DNA of 64,000 nucleotides from a virus: IMG/VR virus record IMGVR_UViG_3300012988_000003, positions 5,004 to 69,003 of that record; one strand, 5' to 3'. Shown piece by piece: positions 49,729 to 57,462 of this stretch (position 1 is its first letter; each line of letters starts with the position of its first letter). The notes under the pieces were generated by a model. It saw only the letters and a program-made list of their open reading frames with translations, ran no database searches and was not told where the DNA came from. The position numbers and the translations under genes were made by a program.

Positions 49729-50385
49729 ATGAAGCCATACTACGAGCACGGTGGAATAACGATCTACCACGGCGATGCGCGTGAAGTTCTGCCGCAGTTG
49801 ACTGTATGGCCCGATTCGATTATCACTGATCCGGTTTGGCCGAACTCGAAGCCTTGCCTCGCCGGCGCCGGCGACCCTTACGGCTTGCTCCGTGAAGCTG
49901 CTGAGTGTTTCCCATCGGTCACGCAGCGCATAGTCATTCACCTTGGACAGACTTCCGACCCGCGAATCCTTGCAGCAATTCCGAGCAGTTTTCCATTTTT
50001 GCGTGTCGCCTGGTTGGCCTTCCATCGGCCGATCAGAATGGGACGGATGCTTTACGGTGGCGATGTCGCCTACGTGTTTGGTACGGCGCCGAAGTCGCGA
50101 AAGGGTCGGCGGGTATTGAGCGGGCAGACCGCGTGTAAATATCTTGGCCGAACCGACGAACACCCATGTCCACGCCAGCTTGCCCACATGGAATGGCTGC
50201 TCAGGTTTTACGCTGACGGTTTGGTAATCGATCCATTTATGGGCCGCGGAACCACTCTCAGTGCGGCGATCTTAGCCAAGCTTCCTGCCATCGGCATAGA
50301 GATAGAGGAAAAGTACTGCGAGATTGCAGCCAAGCGCCTCAGTCAAGAAGTGCCTAATTTTAGCGATGCAGGAGTAAACGTCTAG
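49729..50385 (+). CDS. N4-C/N6-A DNA methyltransferase (beta class, DPVW variant)
   Basis: IYHGDA, ITDPVW, HPC, DPFMGRGTT, GIEIEEKYCEIA. Confidence 0.8.
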   Translation: MKPYYEHGGITIYHGDAREVLPQLTVWPDSIITDPVWPNSKPCLAGAGDPYGLLREAAECFPSVTQRIVIHLGQTSDPRILAAIPSSFPFLRVAWLAFHRPIRMGRMLYGGDVAYVFGTAPKSRKGRRVLSGQTACKYLGRTDEHPCPRQLAHMEWLLRFYADGLVIDPFMGRGTTLSAAILAKLPAIGIEIEEKYCEIAAKRLSQEVPNFSDAGVNV

Positions 50386-50480
50386 TTTCCAAATTCGATA
50401 CACCACCAACGGGTGATTACTTATGAACCAAATAAAGCTACAATTCGTTCCAAGCCGCAACCTGCGGTCTGGAGCGCCAC

Positions 50481-50663
50481 ATGAAATCTACATTAGGAAA
50501 AATTTATCTGACACTTGCCGGGATAGTGTTCACCGCAACCCTTGCAGCAGCGTACAATCATCAATCGCGCCAGGTAGTCACCTCTGGCCCAGTAGTAACA
50601 CCCCAGCAGCTTTGTTGCGATCCAATCTGTCCACCGCCGATTTCCTGTCCGCGCCAGAAATAG
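50481..50663 (+). CDS. Secreted Cys/Pro-rich peptide precursor
   Basis: GGAG RBS; signal MKSTLGKIYLTLAGIVFTATLAAA; C-terminus LCCDPICPPPISCPRQK. Confidence 0.7.
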   Translation: MKSTLGKIYLTLAGIVFTATLAAAYNHQSRQVVTSGPVVTPQQLCCDPICPPPISCPRQK

Positions 50664-50706
50664 TTTCCGCGTTCATGGGGTCGCACTGGACCGGGAGTGC
50701 GGCTCT

Positions 50707-51468
50707 ATGACGCTCGATTTGATCCTCTGGATTACACTGGCACTCGGCCAGTCTGTGCTTTCGGTGTTGGCCATACGCAGAAAAATCCGCTGCGCTTGGT
50801 TCCCGCAGTACATCTACTTTGTAACTACAAAAACATTCATATTGATGGCCGTTGCGTTCATCACGCGCGACTTGCGCCTGTACACCGTGATCAACATGGT
50901 AATGGCCGCAGTTGGCCCTTTCATCGCTTTACTGGTCGTCGGTTCACTGTGGCGTCAAACCTTTGGGTCTCCCGCTTCGCTTCCGCCCGGTACGCTGACA
51001 CGATTCCGCACGCTGGTTTTAGCTGTCATCTGTCCGCTGACCGTGGTGCTGATTAGTTTCTTCCGCGCGCACTCCGCGCACGCCTACTTCAACTCACTCA
51101 TCAACCTTGAAACCGTGGTTTTAAGCGCCTCTGCCGTCACTCTTGCCTTGATGGTTGTCTACTCAAAGCATCTGGGAATCTCGTGGCGCTCAAAGCCAGC
51201 GGGAATCGTAATCGGTTTTCTGTGCTCGTTTGGAACCAACTGGCTGGCCACCTTTCTGACCGGCCAGGAAATCATATCCATCTACGCTGCTCAGCGCATA
51301 GGGCTGGTGGCGTGTTTGATCTCACTCATTGTTTGGGCGCGTGTTCTGCTCGAAAAGGAACGTGACCCGGGAATGATCGCCGATGAACAACTTGATCGCG
51401 TACTGCAGGAATTTGGTCTCGCAGAAATGTTTGGTGCCAGGCTAAGGGTAAGACCAACTCATACCTAA
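50707..51468 (+). CDS. 7-TM membrane protein (putative peptide receptor)
   Basis: Seven hydrophobic segments and a short amphipathic C-tail; GGGAG RBS. Confidence 0.75.
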   Translation: MTLDLILWITLALGQSVLSVLAIRRKIRCAWFPQYIYFVTTKTFILMAVAFITRDLRLYTVINMVMAAVGPFIALLVVGSLWRQTFGSPASLPPGTLTRFRTLVLAVICPLTVVLISFFRAHSAHAYFNSLINLETVVLSASAVTLALMVVYSKHLGISWRSKPAGIVIGFLCSFGTNWLATFLTGQEIISIYAAQRIGLVACLISLIVWARVLLEKERDPGMIADEQLDRVLQEFGLAEMFGARLRVRPTHT

Positions 51469-51485
51469 AAAGCCCGAAAGTTTAG

Positions 51486-51911
51486 ATGAGGTTCGACATG
51501 ATTCTGGCCATGAGGCAACAGTTTGGAATACTGCAGCGGTTCGTTGTTGAGCAGGAAAAGATACCAGTGAAGTACCCCGATCTGCTCGACCGGAAAGAAT
51601 GGATGATTTACATGGGGCAAATAAAGCAGAAGTCGAGGCTGGCGGTTGAACTTTTAGACAAGCTCGACGACTCACTCACCGATGACAGCGAATTGACGTT
51701 TCACGTCATTGAAGCCCGGGTCCAGGGTGTGGAAACGCACCGAATGGCCAACAGTCTGTACCTGACCGGGGTATTCAGGAAAGTAACGTCAATCTCTGCC
51801 AAAGGAGAGCTGGTTCGAGCGCAGTATGATATTTTGAGTGAGCTCATAAAACACGTTTTTATGTTGCTCGGAAAGGCGGACTTGATTGCCCGTATCAGCC
51901 GAGCAATGTAA
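51486..51911 (+). CDS. Helical hypothetical protein
   Basis: Co-oriented after the 7-TM gene. Confidence 0.55.
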   Translation: MRFDMILAMRQQFGILQRFVVEQEKIPVKYPDLLDRKEWMIYMGQIKQKSRLAVELLDKLDDSLTDDSELTFHVIEARVQGVETHRMANSLYLTGVFRKVTSISAKGELVRAQYDILSELIKHVFMLLGKADLIARISRAM

Positions 51912-52440
51912 CGAGAGAAGAAGTACTTTGCCCAAGAGAGAACCACCGGAGACTCAGGCCGGCGGGAGCATCGAGGACACGATACTCCGAACGCTTGAGT
52001 CTCTGCGCGACCAGATGAAGAAAGCACGGCTGTTCCTTACGGCCGCTGAAGCTGCATGCGCACAGCTTGAGGCCATCCGCGCCGGCCAAGGCGCCGAGCC
52101 GCATCCACGAGCGATTGCCGACCTGCCCTACGTCGGCATGGACGTCATTGAAGCGATCCTGCTTCTGCTCAACGAACGCGACCGAGCTTTACCGCGCCAG
52201 GAGATCATTGATACCGTGCTGGCCCGCGGAGTCTTTGTCGGCAAGGGGATCGACGCCAAGGGCGAACCGGCGGTCCAAGTGGGAAAATCCCTGAAGTACC
52301 ATCTTCTTAGCCGAGACGAAAGACAGAGGACCTACGGTAAGCGGAATATCAAAGCGGTGGATCCGGTACTGCGCGAGATGAACGGACTGATTGGACGCTC
52401 CGAATGGCCGGATGAAAAGTTTGTGGTGGAGGCGAAGTGA
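51886..52440 (+). CDS. Winged-HTH protein with N-terminal coiled coil
   Basis: YVGMDVIEAILLLL...LPRQEIIDTVLARG. Confidence 0.55.
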   Translation: MPVSAEQCNERRSTLPKREPPETQAGGSIEDTILRTLESLRDQMKKARLFLTAAEAACAQLEAIRAGQGAEPHPRAIADLPYVGMDVIEAILLLLNERDRALPRQEIIDTVLARGVFVGKGIDAKGEPAVQVGKSLKYHLLSRDERQRTYGKRNIKAVDPVLREMNGLIGRSEWPDEKFVVEAK

Positions 52441-52610
52441 TGGCAGCACCGCCGATAGGAATTATGCCGAGAAATATTTGGCGCGACAAGGTTACATCCG
52501 AGCGCGTGAACGCCCTGCTTGATGCGATGGAGAGGTACGCTGATGCCGGAAAGTCTGTGCCGCTTGAATGGTTGAAAGAATTGCGCGAATTGCTTGACAG
52601 CGCGGCTTAG
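52440..52610 (+). CDS. Small phage protein (PPIGIMPR.IW...AMERY...P.EW type), not in ORF track
   Basis: GGAGG RBS, TGATG coupling, 56 aa. Confidence 0.6.
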   Translation: MAAPPIGIMPRNIWRDKVTSERVNALLDAMERYADAGKSVPLEWLKELRELLDSAA

Positions 52611-52757
52611 TGCTTGCCTCTCAGCGCGGTCTATTGCATACTAATTTCTGAGAAGCGGCTTCCACGGCAATTTCTCCAGAGCCTCAAAGGTGCTGTACCC
52701 GTACAACTTGGTGGTTGTCAGCGGGCGCGAACCGGAGAGGCTTTGCTATTGGTGAAC

Positions 52758-53051
52758 TCAGGCCGCTTTCGCCGGTGTCTTCCCGCGACCTACCAGAACA
52801 GGTTTCTTCCCAGCTGCCAGCGCTGCTTTCCGTGCTTTCCAGCGCTCTTTCATTGCCTGGGAAATTCTCTGCTTCGCCGCCGCCGAGAGCTTGCGCTTTC
52901 CCGGTACCGCGATGGTTCGGTTGACGGTGCGCGGATTCCGGATGGTTGTGACGTTGCCGCGGGTGCCGACGACGTTCTCCAGGTACTCGATTCCATCGCC
53001 GATGATGGTTTGTGCTTTCCGAAAGTCTGCAAGGACTGCTTGTAAGTTCAT
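52758..53051 (-). CDS. Basic DNA-binding-like protein
   Basis: KRKLSAAAKQRISQAMKERW motif; AGGAG RBS; divergent from the tRNA promoter. Confidence 0.7.
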   Translation of the reverse strand: MNLQAVLADFRKAQTIIGDGIEYLENVVGTRGNVTTIRNPRTVNRTIAVPGKRKLSAAAKQRISQAMKERWKARKAALAAGKKPVLVGRGKTPAKAA

Positions 53052-53104
53052 GCGATTCTCCTTTGTCGCTTTGATGATAGTTTCGAGTATGGTGATTTTG
53101 CTTA

Positions 53105-53133
53105 TTGAAAAACGGCGAGAACTCTGCTACCTT
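53105..53133 (+). promoter_or_regulatory. Sigma70-type promoter of the leader/tRNA operon
   Basis: TTGAAA-17 bp-TACCTT with extended -10 TGn. Confidence 0.7.
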
Positions 53134-53142
53134 TAAACCTCA

Positions 53143-53205
53143 ATGAATTTCATCACGGCAACCCCGACAGCGACACCAGCCACTACGGGTGGAGTGTACA
53201 CATAA
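53143..53205 (+). CDS. Attenuator leader peptide MNFITATPTATPATTGGVYT
   Basis: 20 codons; codons 5-17 are all Thr/Ala/Pro/Gly, matching the downstream tRNAs; near-leaderless start. Confidence 0.75.
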   Translation: MNFITATPTATPATTGGVYT

Positions 53206-53232
53206 GGGGATGCTGAAGGTTTGTTTTCGCCG

Positions 53233-53263
53233 AGGCTCCCCAAGTGGGAGCCTTTAGTGTTTT
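53233..53263 (+). terminator. Attenuator terminator hairpin upstream of the tRNA array
   Basis: AGGCTCCC-caagt-GGGAGCCT-TTAGTGTTTT; 5' arm can alternatively pair with 53206-53214. Confidence 0.75.
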
Positions 53264-53267
53264 ATGG

Positions 53268-53341
53268 GCGGGTTTGGTATAGGGGCTGTGCCCCGGTCTT
53301 CCAAACCGGAGACGCTGGTTCAAGTCCAGCAACCCGCTCCA
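53268..53341 (+). tRNA. tRNA-Gly(TCC)
   Basis: GCGGGTT/AACCCGC acceptor, CCGGT-ctTCCaa-ACCGG, TTCAAGT loop, CCA. Confidence 0.9.
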
Positions 53342-53345
53342 ATGA

Positions 53346-53421
53346 GCCTGGGTAGCTCAGACGGCAGAGCGCCGCCCTCGTAACGCGGAGGTCGCCGGTT
53401 CAACTCCGGCCCTTGGCTCCA
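53346..53421 (+). tRNA. tRNA-Thr(CGT)
   Basis: Cloverleaf, ctCGTaa loop, CCA; mismatches in acceptor and anticodon stems. Confidence 0.85.
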
Positions 53422-53423
53422 GA

Positions 53424-53497
53424 GCCTCTGTAGTTTAGTGGCAGAATACGCGCATGGTAAGCGCGTGGCCTGGGTTCGATTCCCAGCGTTGGCTCCA
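53424..53497 (+). tRNA. tRNA-Thr(GGT)
   Basis: CGCGC-atGGTaa-GCGCG, GTTCGATT, CCA; two acceptor mismatches. Confidence 0.8.
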
Positions 53498-53503
53498 AAG
53501 TTT

Positions 53504-53580
53504 GCCGGTCGCAGCAGTGTTGGAACTGCACTCGCCTTGTAAGCGAGAGTAAGCGGGTTCGACTCCCGTCGCCGGCTCCA
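53504..53580 (+). tRNA. tRNA-Thr(TGT)
   Basis: CTCGC-ctTGTaa-GCGAG, GTTCGACT, CCA. Confidence 0.85.
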
Positions 53581-53586
53581 AAATGT

Positions 53587-53661
53587 GGGCGCGTAGTGTT
53601 AGCGAGAGCACGGCCGGCTTGCACCCGGTAGGCGCTGGTTTGAATCCAGTCGTGTCCACCA
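53587..53661 (+). tRNA. tRNA-Ala(TGC)
   Basis: G3.U70 identity pair, A73, GCCGG-ctTGCac-CCGGT, CCA; T loop TTTGAAT. Confidence 0.85.
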
Positions 53662-53665
53662 ATGT

Positions 53666-53742
53666 CGGGGTGTCGGGTAATCCGGTCGCCCACATGCCTT
53701 GGGAGCATGCTTATGGAGGTTCAAATCCTCTCACCCCGACCA
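53666..53742 (+). tRNA. tRNA-Pro(TGG)
   Basis: CGGGGTG/CACCCCG, CATGC-ctTGGga-GCATG, CCA. Confidence 0.88.
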
Positions 53743-53791
53743 ACTATTTGTGTAACATGGCCTCAGCGCTTCTGCGCTCAAGGGGTTCATC

Positions 53792-53869
53792 ATGGCAACT
53801 GGAAAGACAAAGACGAAGAAGACGAAGGCGAAAAACAAAAAGGTCACACGGATGAAGAGAGCCGCTTAA
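53792..53869 (+). CDS. 25-aa Lys/Thr-rich peptide MATGKTKTKKTKAKNKKVTRMKRAA
   Basis: AAGGGG RBS; lies between the tRNA array and a terminator-like hairpin (~53926-53959). Confidence 0.45.
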   Translation: MATGKTKTKKTKAKNKKVTRMKRAA

Positions 53870-53959
53870 AAGCGGTATACTGGCAGGGATCTGCGTAAGA
53901 CCCGAATCGTGCACAGCCAGACAAGACCTCGGTCCAAGGGAGCCCGGGGTTTTGTTATT

Positions 53960-54310
53960 TCAGGCCGCTACCTGGGTTCTGTTGACCGGCGTGAATTTTC
54001 CGATCTGCTCCAGCGCTCCCCAGCACTTCTCAATGGGAATGACATCAGTGAAAGACTTGAGCTTGTCATCCACCAGGGTCCACAGGACTTTGCCATCGTT
54101 GGTGTAGCAGAAGACCGCTGCGGCTTGCGAGACCGGCTTGAATTTCTCTGACAGGTGGGTGATGGTGTTGAGCAGTTTGCCGATCGGCACGTGGGCAAGG
54201 ACCGGATTACCGTCTTGGTTGAAGCCGAAAAGTGTTGTCTCAGCGTTTCCATTGAGCAGGACACCGCCGCCGTAGATTGAGCGAGTGTTTTCCATTGTGA
54301 AAGCCTCCAT
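53960..54310 (-). CDS. Hypothetical protein
   Basis: GGAGG RBS before the internal Met (MENTRS). Confidence 0.55.
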   Translation of the reverse strand: MEAFTMENTRSIYGGGVLLNGNAETTLFGFNQDGNPVLAHVPIGKLLNTITHLSEKFKPVSQAAAVFCYTNDGKVLWTLVDDKLKSFTDVIPIEKCWGALEQIGKFTPVNRTQVAA

Positions 54311-54328
54311 GGGGCAATCATACCGAAA

Positions 54329-54616
54329 TCACTTGGCCTTGTTGACCGTAGAGCAGCCGATGTAATTGGGATTTTCGTCAGAACCGAGCGTAATAGATAC
54401 CCCCTCGATTCTCCACGGCTTATCGCCGGGGAGGACCTTCCCGGCATATATTTGTGTCCGCTCGGTGGCTGTGCAGCCGATGCAGAAGCCGACTGTCTCA
54501 TTCCATGGCGGAGGAACAGGAGGGCGGAACACGACTGTCGGCATGGCTATGTGGGTGTAATTCCATGCCGCAACGCCTACTGCCAGCAGTGCGCACAGTC
54601 CTAGAAATCGATTCAT
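54329..54616 (-). CDS. Small secreted Pro/Cys-containing protein
   Basis: AGGAGG RBS; MNRFLGLCALLAVGVAA signal; RPPVPPPW. Confidence 0.55.
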   Translation of the reverse strand: MNRFLGLCALLAVGVAAWNYTHIAMPTVVFRPPVPPPWNETVGFCIGCTATERTQIYAGKVLPGDKPWRIEGVSITLGSDENPNYIGCSTVNKAK

Positions 54617-55737
54617 GTTCCCTCCTTTGTGGCTACCAACCGCTTCGTACCGACAGACCGCGAGACACATCATCTCCCGGCCAAATGAACTTATCTCCTA
54701 TACCCACAGTAACCTCGCCTGATGGCGCACGGTGTCTGGCGAAGCCTTTCATGTTGCTGCGGTCTTCGAGGGTCTGGGGTTCGAATCCGCGCGCGGTAGC
54801 GCGCTCCAGTCCCGAGCGCGCAGCGCGAGGCTCCTTTGGTTCCTTCAGCATGTTGCCGCCAAAGCTTTCATGGTCTGCTTTCTGAGTGAAGTTATCACGA
54901 ACTCGACAAACTCTTCCTGGGGACAGGATTTGATCCAGTCCAGAGGACGCACCTTCTCGACACGTCGTCCCGTCGTAAGTTTCATGTGGTAGTAAAGCTA
55001 TAACACAGGTATCTTGTGGATTGAGAGAGAAAACGGTGTCCGTCGGGTAGTAAACCGTCCGGACTAACTTTTGGAGGGTTGCGTGGCTGTAATCGGCGTT
55101 CGACCGAGAGACGAAAAAGCCTATACAAAACTTCGTGACCACGTTGCGGAGATCGTTGCGCAATATGGAATGTGTGAGATGACAACGGAAGCTTTTCGCT
55201 ATGGCTCGGCTTTGGAAACAGTAGAAATGAGCGCGGTTGAGATGAGCGCACACATCACCGATGTAATCAGCGGCAAAGCCAGATTGATGGAACCTGGGCC
55301 TAGAAACGTGACCGAATTTCTTCAGCAGATGGCCCTTGAGATGGGCTGCAAGATGTACCACCCCACAGAGCGACCGTGGAACGTAGTTTTTGAACGGCTC
55401 CCGCTATGTACGGCATGAAACCGACCTAAAGTGTGCAAAAGAGTACTATTGCCTCAAGGTGTTCCTCATGCTGCACAAGCGCCGCAGAACCGAGAGCTCG
55501 AATAAGCTATTGATTTTATTCAGCTACTTTGCCTTATAATACGGCGCAGGTCATAAAGGACATTGCTGTGTCCCCCACGATTAACCCGCTTACACGGGAA
55601 CCCGCGCCGCAAAAGACTCTATCCCGCTTCAACTATTCTTTCCATCAAAAAAGCTTGTATGCACTTGATTCTGTGCGGTTTATAGCTATCACGATACCGT
55701 GTGAGATTTCACGGTGTAGTGTTCCGGCGGTGGCGGC

Positions 55738-56031
55738 ATGAAGTTAGTGCGCGCCAGACCGAAGTCTCCTGAGAATCTGCCAGATTGGCTGAAGTGCTGC
55801 CCTGAGCAGATACAGTTTCAGCAGGACATTGGCGAAATAATTCTCGACCTCGATGATCAATGCATGGTGGGGCCGGGGTACTGCCTATTTTGTTATGCGA
55901 CTAGCCCGGGCGACCATGGGGCAAGAATAGTTTCTGGTGAGTACGCAGGCAGGCCGTTCGCTTTGAGCGCGGTAGACCTCGACGAAACAGGCGTTCCCGA
56001 CGGCAACTACGTTGAAGCGGTGGGCCGATGA
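55738..56031 (+). CDS. Hypothetical protein
   Basis: First ORF of the rightward operon, ATGA-coupled to the next. Confidence 0.5.
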   Translation: MKLVRARPKSPENLPDWLKCCPEQIQFQQDIGEIILDLDDQCMVGPGYCLFCYATSPGDHGARIVSGEYAGRPFALSAVDLDETGVPDGNYVEAVGR

Positions 56032-56288
56032 GAACGCGCTCCAAGCCTCGGGTCACTCGCCGCAGGAAGTTTCTACCTGAGGACCGACCGACAAAACTAC
56101 AGCGCTGCATGGTGAAGTTTGCCACCTGGGAGCTAATCAACAAGCTTGCCGGTGACTGGGGTGTAGGAGCCGGAATCGACGCGCTGGCTGAAATGGCAGA
56201 ATTGCTGATGCAGCGCGAGCGCGAGCAGATTGCGACCGTGAATCTATCGAGTGGAAGAAATCAGGTGACACTGGAGATGTATCGGTGA
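56028..56288 (+). CDS. Putative small DNA-binding protein
   Basis: Basic N-terminus; coupled genes. Confidence 0.5.
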   Translation: MRTRSKPRVTRRRKFLPEDRPTKLQRCMVKFATWELINKLAGDWGVGAGIDALAEMAELLMQREREQIATVNLSSGRNQVTLEMYR

Positions 56289-56557
56289 GCAAACCACTGA
56301 ACGGTACCGAAATGGATGCGCTGGATTATCTCTACAGCGGTGGCGATGAAACTATTGAGTGCCACAGTGCGGCTTGGGTGAAAACACGGTTTCCTCAAAA
56401 GTGCGTAAGCATTCTGCACAAAGGGCCAATGACTCAGCCAGCGGGAAGCCGTATGGTTGTTGAGCGTGCAAAAGTAGAAGGCAGATTCGGGAGTTGTTAC
56501 ACATGCGAGGCCTGTATTGATCGGTCAACGAAGGAACTCAAAGGAGAAACACGTTGA
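56285..56557 (+). CDS. Hypothetical Cys-containing protein
   Basis: GGAG RBS; VKTRFPQKC...CYTCEAC. Confidence 0.55.
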   Translation: MSKPLNGTEMDALDYLYSGGDETIECHSAAWVKTRFPQKCVSILHKGPMTQPAGSRMVVERAKVEGRFGSCYTCEACIDRSTKELKGETR

Positions 56558-56766
56558 AGCCAACAATCGGAAGAATCGTTATCTACAACCATCCGGGAAG
56601 TTCGGACGGTAAGTATCCACCGCAACAATCACCCGCGATCATTCAGAACGTGGCGGAAGATGGCTCGGTGCGTCTGTTCGTGTTCGGCCCCAAAGGTCAG
56701 CACATGGACGAGGGATTGACGCAGGGTGATGGGCCTTGCCAGTGGAATTGGCCGCCCAGAGTGTAA
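56554..56766 (+). CDS. Small conserved phage protein (PTIGRIV.Y type)
   Basis: MKPTIGRIVIY...PAIIQ.V...V.L.VF...W.WPPRV; AGGAG RBS. Confidence 0.7.
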   Translation: MKPTIGRIVIYNHPGSSDGKYPPQQSPAIIQNVAEDGSVRLFVFGPKGQHMDEGLTQGDGPCQWNWPPRV

Positions 56767-57462
56767 ACAGGGCTGCGCGTGGCCGAGTTTAGCGCGCAAC
56801 CTCCCCGTGTTTCACCTTAGCTAGCTGAGCCTTTAGCAAAATTCCCTTGCTATTGTTCCAGAGACAAAGCAATAGTAGAGGTGCCCCCGAAACAGTCGTT
56901 GCAGGAAATTACAGCAGGTTCAGTTTGAGAAGCGCCACTTCTAAAGCTCTACCCGCCTCATATCCGTGCCGCTTTAGGCGGTCAGGCCCACGACAGACGG
57001 TCTTTACGGCGCGTCGCCGTGTATCTCAAGTAAAAAATTTATGCCAAGAAATTCACGTAACGTCAAAGAGGACGTGTGGGATTCTTCTTCCTTGAGCGTC
57101 CTGTTTCCCGCCTCACGCTCGAAAGTGAAGACGATGCTCGCGACAGGCGAGGTTGTCTCATTCTGTAAACGTTGCGGCCTTACCGGTACATCAGAAACTC
57201 ACAAGAGCCTTCTGGCTGCCGGTAAGCGCTGCAAAGGCGAGCGCCAGCCACACGATCTGAGCTACAAGGTCACGCCGACATTCCGCGACGTGGACCAGAC
57301 GCCGGCGGCAATTACGGCGAACGAGATGCGCGCCCTGGTCGGCCTGAAGTCAAAGCAGGCGCAGAAGGCGGCAAGAATCAAAGTGGATGCCTGGCAGCAA
57401 TGCGGGATGAATCTGAGAGTTCTACGCTCACCATTACCATGGACGGCCATGGCACCGTGTAG

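Noticed and set aside
53400-53898. ORFs 53400..53708, 53435..53695, 53583..53855, 53662..53898
   Set aside because: They overlap clear tRNA cloverleaves; spurious
54633-55418. Confident gene calls in 54.6-55.4 kb
   Set aside because: Competing overlapping ORFs on both strands with no recognisable motifs; cannot decide from the sequence alone
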